Shown here: one piece after another, positions 61,178 to 64,000 of the stretch | How the letters are laid out: each line of letters begins with the position of its first letter | Position numbering within the stretch: position 1 is the first letter of the stretch | NCBI GenBank assembly: GCA_951406725.2 | Contig: OX597830.1 | Span: 36,518,001-36,582,000 of the forward strand | Length of the DNA: 64,000 nucleotides | From: Octopus vulgaris | Taxonomy: Eukaryota | Reading direction: 5' to 3' | Made by a program: the position numbers and the translations under genes | The notes under the pieces: generated by a model | What the model was told of the DNA's origin: nothing | Databases searched by the model: none | The model's input: only the letters and a program-made list of their open reading frames with translations

Positions 61178-61667
61178 GGATACAAAAGGAAGTCTTTCTA
61201 ACCTTTATATTTCAGGTGCAAAATACCAATCTTGAATGGAATACAAAGAAATGTGTATTTACATAGATTTTCTTATTTTAGTATTTGAGTCAACAGCAGC
61301 AGTAACTCTCTCACTGTAGGTATAAGTCTAAAATAATAAAACCTATGTAAAAATGCATTTATTTGACTGTATTCTTCTGAAGTTAGGTCTTTGTGACTGA
61401 AATATAAAGGTTTTTAAATCTTTCTGCATTGTTAGAAGCCCTCCCTATTTCACTTTCCATCCATTTTCTATAAAGTAAAAGTTTATAAATTTCCTTTGCA
61501 ATTTAATTTTGTTTGAAAAATTAAATTTTTTTTGGATGCAGTAAAAGTCTGCATAGTTTATGGTGAATCTGCTCACTTAGGAAATATTTCTGAAAGCCAT
61601 TTTTTTTTCTTGAGCCCTTGAACTCATAAAGCTGGTTTCTCAAGTTCTTTTGTTTTCTTTTCTTTTA

Positions 61668-61863
61668 TTAATTATACTTTCAAGTTACTTTAAATTAGGT
61701 TCTAGAGTTCGAAAGACATTTACGCTTTCTGAGTTCGATTAAAACATTTCAAATGATAGACTGAACACCCACCATGTGACCCTATCTGCTAGAATTAGCT
61801 ACAAAATCTGTCTAAAATTACATTCTACCATCTTAAAAGGAAAAGACAGTAGATAATATAGTT
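61668..61863. repeat. Right arm of the near-identical inverted duplication (partner 59100-59274)
   Basis: See partner; carries the extra segment atagactgaacacccaccatg. Confidence 0.92.
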
Positions 61864-62254
61864 AGCGACCAAGATCACATTGTACCCCTGGACATATCAC
61901 TGAACAGAATGCTGATCTGTTCAAGACCAGCAATTTTTGAGGGAAACAGAAAGTCGATCACAAAGGGGGCAAAGCGGACCTTGCCAGGGTCAGGGTTTGA
62001 ATATAAAATGTAAATAGTCAGAAGAAATGTCACTAAGCTTGTGCATACAATTCCACCAGTTTGGTACCTTTCTCTTTAAACACAAAGTTGAGCTCACTAG
62101 CCACTGAATTTGGATATCAGAGCAAATACTGCAAGCAATTTTCTATCCAAAGCACCAACTCACATCATCTGAAAGCTATAGTCCTTGTTATACCATTTTA
62201 ATAGTTGTTGAATTTTTCAATTTATGTCAAAGAGTAAATAATCTTAATTATGGA

Positions 62255-62800
62255 GTGAAGTCAATAACGTAAGCTAGTTATAATATTACTCTGCTGTTGT
62301 AAAGTTTTAACAAATCTTAACATACTGTATTCCATCCTTATTTCTATATCAGAGAAAAAGTTCATATGGTTAGACTTGAACATGTTAACATGCAGTTTAC
62401 CATCGTAAAAAAAAGTGAAAGTAAAGTGTCTTAAAAAAAATCCAAGTAAACTGCAATAAAAACAAAAGTGATGACTGTCTCTTACCCAGATGTACTTCAG
62501 TTGAATTAGAGGTAGAGGCAAATGGCTCTTAGAAGGAATTGGCTTGTATAGTCTGAGCAAATTCACAGGAACAATGCCACTACATCATTGTTTCTTTCTC
62601 TACAGCTCATTAACCATGAAGGATTATCGCATTGCTCACATATAACTGTTTTGGCCATCATATGTCGACACATAAGCCATGGAATTGCCTTCTCAGTAGT
62701 GTTCATTGCTGGTACATTGAAATCATGTACTTTAGTACCTATTTCTGAAATACTTAATTCACCACTAGAATTTACTATACCTGTTGGTACCTGTCAGCGT
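62255..62800 (-). pseudogene. Possible decayed Penelope-like RT/thumb fragment
   Basis: TFFYDGKLHVNMF.SN....YSMLRF weakly resembles T.LYDKRD.F.F..P...SN....SQL.RF. Confidence 0.3.
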
Positions 62801-63167
62801 GACATAATGAAGGATTTCTTTATTTTCTTTTTATGAAATTTTGCTACATCACTATTGTCACTTCTGGTTATTATTGTCCAACTCATGCCAGCATGGTAAA
62901 TGGACATTAAATCTTGAGGACTGGTTCTGTCGTTAATTTTGAATTTTGATTCAACCTGCCAACTATTTGCTACATCAATGCTTTGTTAATCACTGTTTTT
63001 CTGTATCAGTAGAGGCTAAATTTGTTTAAGCATGTAGCTGATAATGGATATTTGCCATAAATGATATGCAAAGACACAGAAATCTAGATTTATCAATTCT
63101 ACCACTCCTCTTGGATGCTTTTCACCTGTTTTGATATATATATTTCTGTGCTTTTTAACACTATACA

Positions 63168-63569
63168 CAGCACTGGATTAACCATTAAGCAAAATATGTG
63201 CTTAAGGCATCAAGAGAATGAGGGGGCACAACCGATATGGTAAATGGTTTATGGCACAAAAGAAATCTCTTTAAACTTGCTAAAATAATATTTGGTATGC
63301 CTTTGTTTCTGTTTAGTATAGATGCAGATGTGTTACCTAAGATTAATTTTGAGGATCTGATTGAAAACTTTGCAATTCAAAAACCTAGGAGGAAACTTTT
63401 CAAATACGAATAAACTGGAAGTATACAAAAATAAATATTATTTTTCCTCTTACTGTTTTGTTTCATTTTGAAAACTAAAAATTTATTTTAAGGTTTGTTA
63501 TTGTTTATATTTTGAATTACATAATATTTTATGGGGGCACCAAAATCGATGGGTCTTAATTTGGCCCTG
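63168..63569 (+). mobile_element. Internally deleted hAT (Tip100/ZMYM1-like) transposon
   Basis: Perfect 8-bp TSD ACTATACA (63160-63167 and 63570-63577); TIRs CAGCACTGGATTAA / TTAATTTGGCCCTG; internal KINFEDLIENFAIQKPRRK is a hAT transposase C-terminus. Confidence 0.88.
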
Positions 63570-64000
63570 ACTATACATCTATACAAAAAGCTTTCTCAGG
63601 ATGAATACCACAGTTTTCTGGCTTTCTTTGGTATATCCACATTAAGTTAGATATGCAGAATCCTTTTCTGAACCAATATTGTATCTGTCACTCATGACTA
63701 AAGAGGTAAGTAGGTTTGAGATGTTCTTTAGTTCTACCTCACTGAAGACTTGACAACCTCTCTAGTACTGGGGTTATTAAAAAAATATACTCAGCACACC
63801 CAGTAAAGTGAATGGTAAATCAGTGGAGAAAGTGTAAAGTCATAAGGTTTCTTTAGTTCTGTCTTGCCAAGGACTTATCAACCTCTCTAGTGCTGGTGCC
63901 ATGAGAAAATACAACCAGGGTATTCTGTAAAGTGGTTGGTAATAAGAAGAACATCTAGCCATGGAAACAAAGCCCAAAGTCCATATGCAAGCACATGTCA

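Overview
AT-rich, repeat-dense animal genomic DNA; the SINE, RTE, Penelope and MITE content and microsatellite style suggest a coleoid cephalopod such as Octopus (inference). Two spliced protein-coding genes lie head-to-head, with ATGs about 570 bp apart at 29.3-29.9 kb. JAZF1 is on the minus strand: six coding exons are traced from 29344 to 558, intron 1 is 21.7 kb, and the last exon lies left of the window. The nuclear gene for mitochondrial ATP synthase subunit c (ATP5MC/ATP5G) is on the plus strand, a complete 151-aa CDS in 5 coding exons (29918-34717). The rest is transposon debris: several modular tRNA-headed SINE families, RTE 3' ends with (GAT)n tails and internal minisatellites, Penelope RT and GIY-YIG relics with hammerhead-like motifs, CR1 and CRE-like LINE fragments, and piggyBac-, hAT-, Tc1- and Merlin-like non-autonomous DNA elements. 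Nearly all ORF-track entries are artefacts of repeats. The best leads are the symmetric bidirectional promoter, hammerhead-like cores, a highly self-complementary chimeric SINE, a very young inverted duplication, and a possible hidden minus-strand non-coding gene at 35-49 kb. All analysis was by eye, and repeat boundaries are approximate unless a TSD is given.
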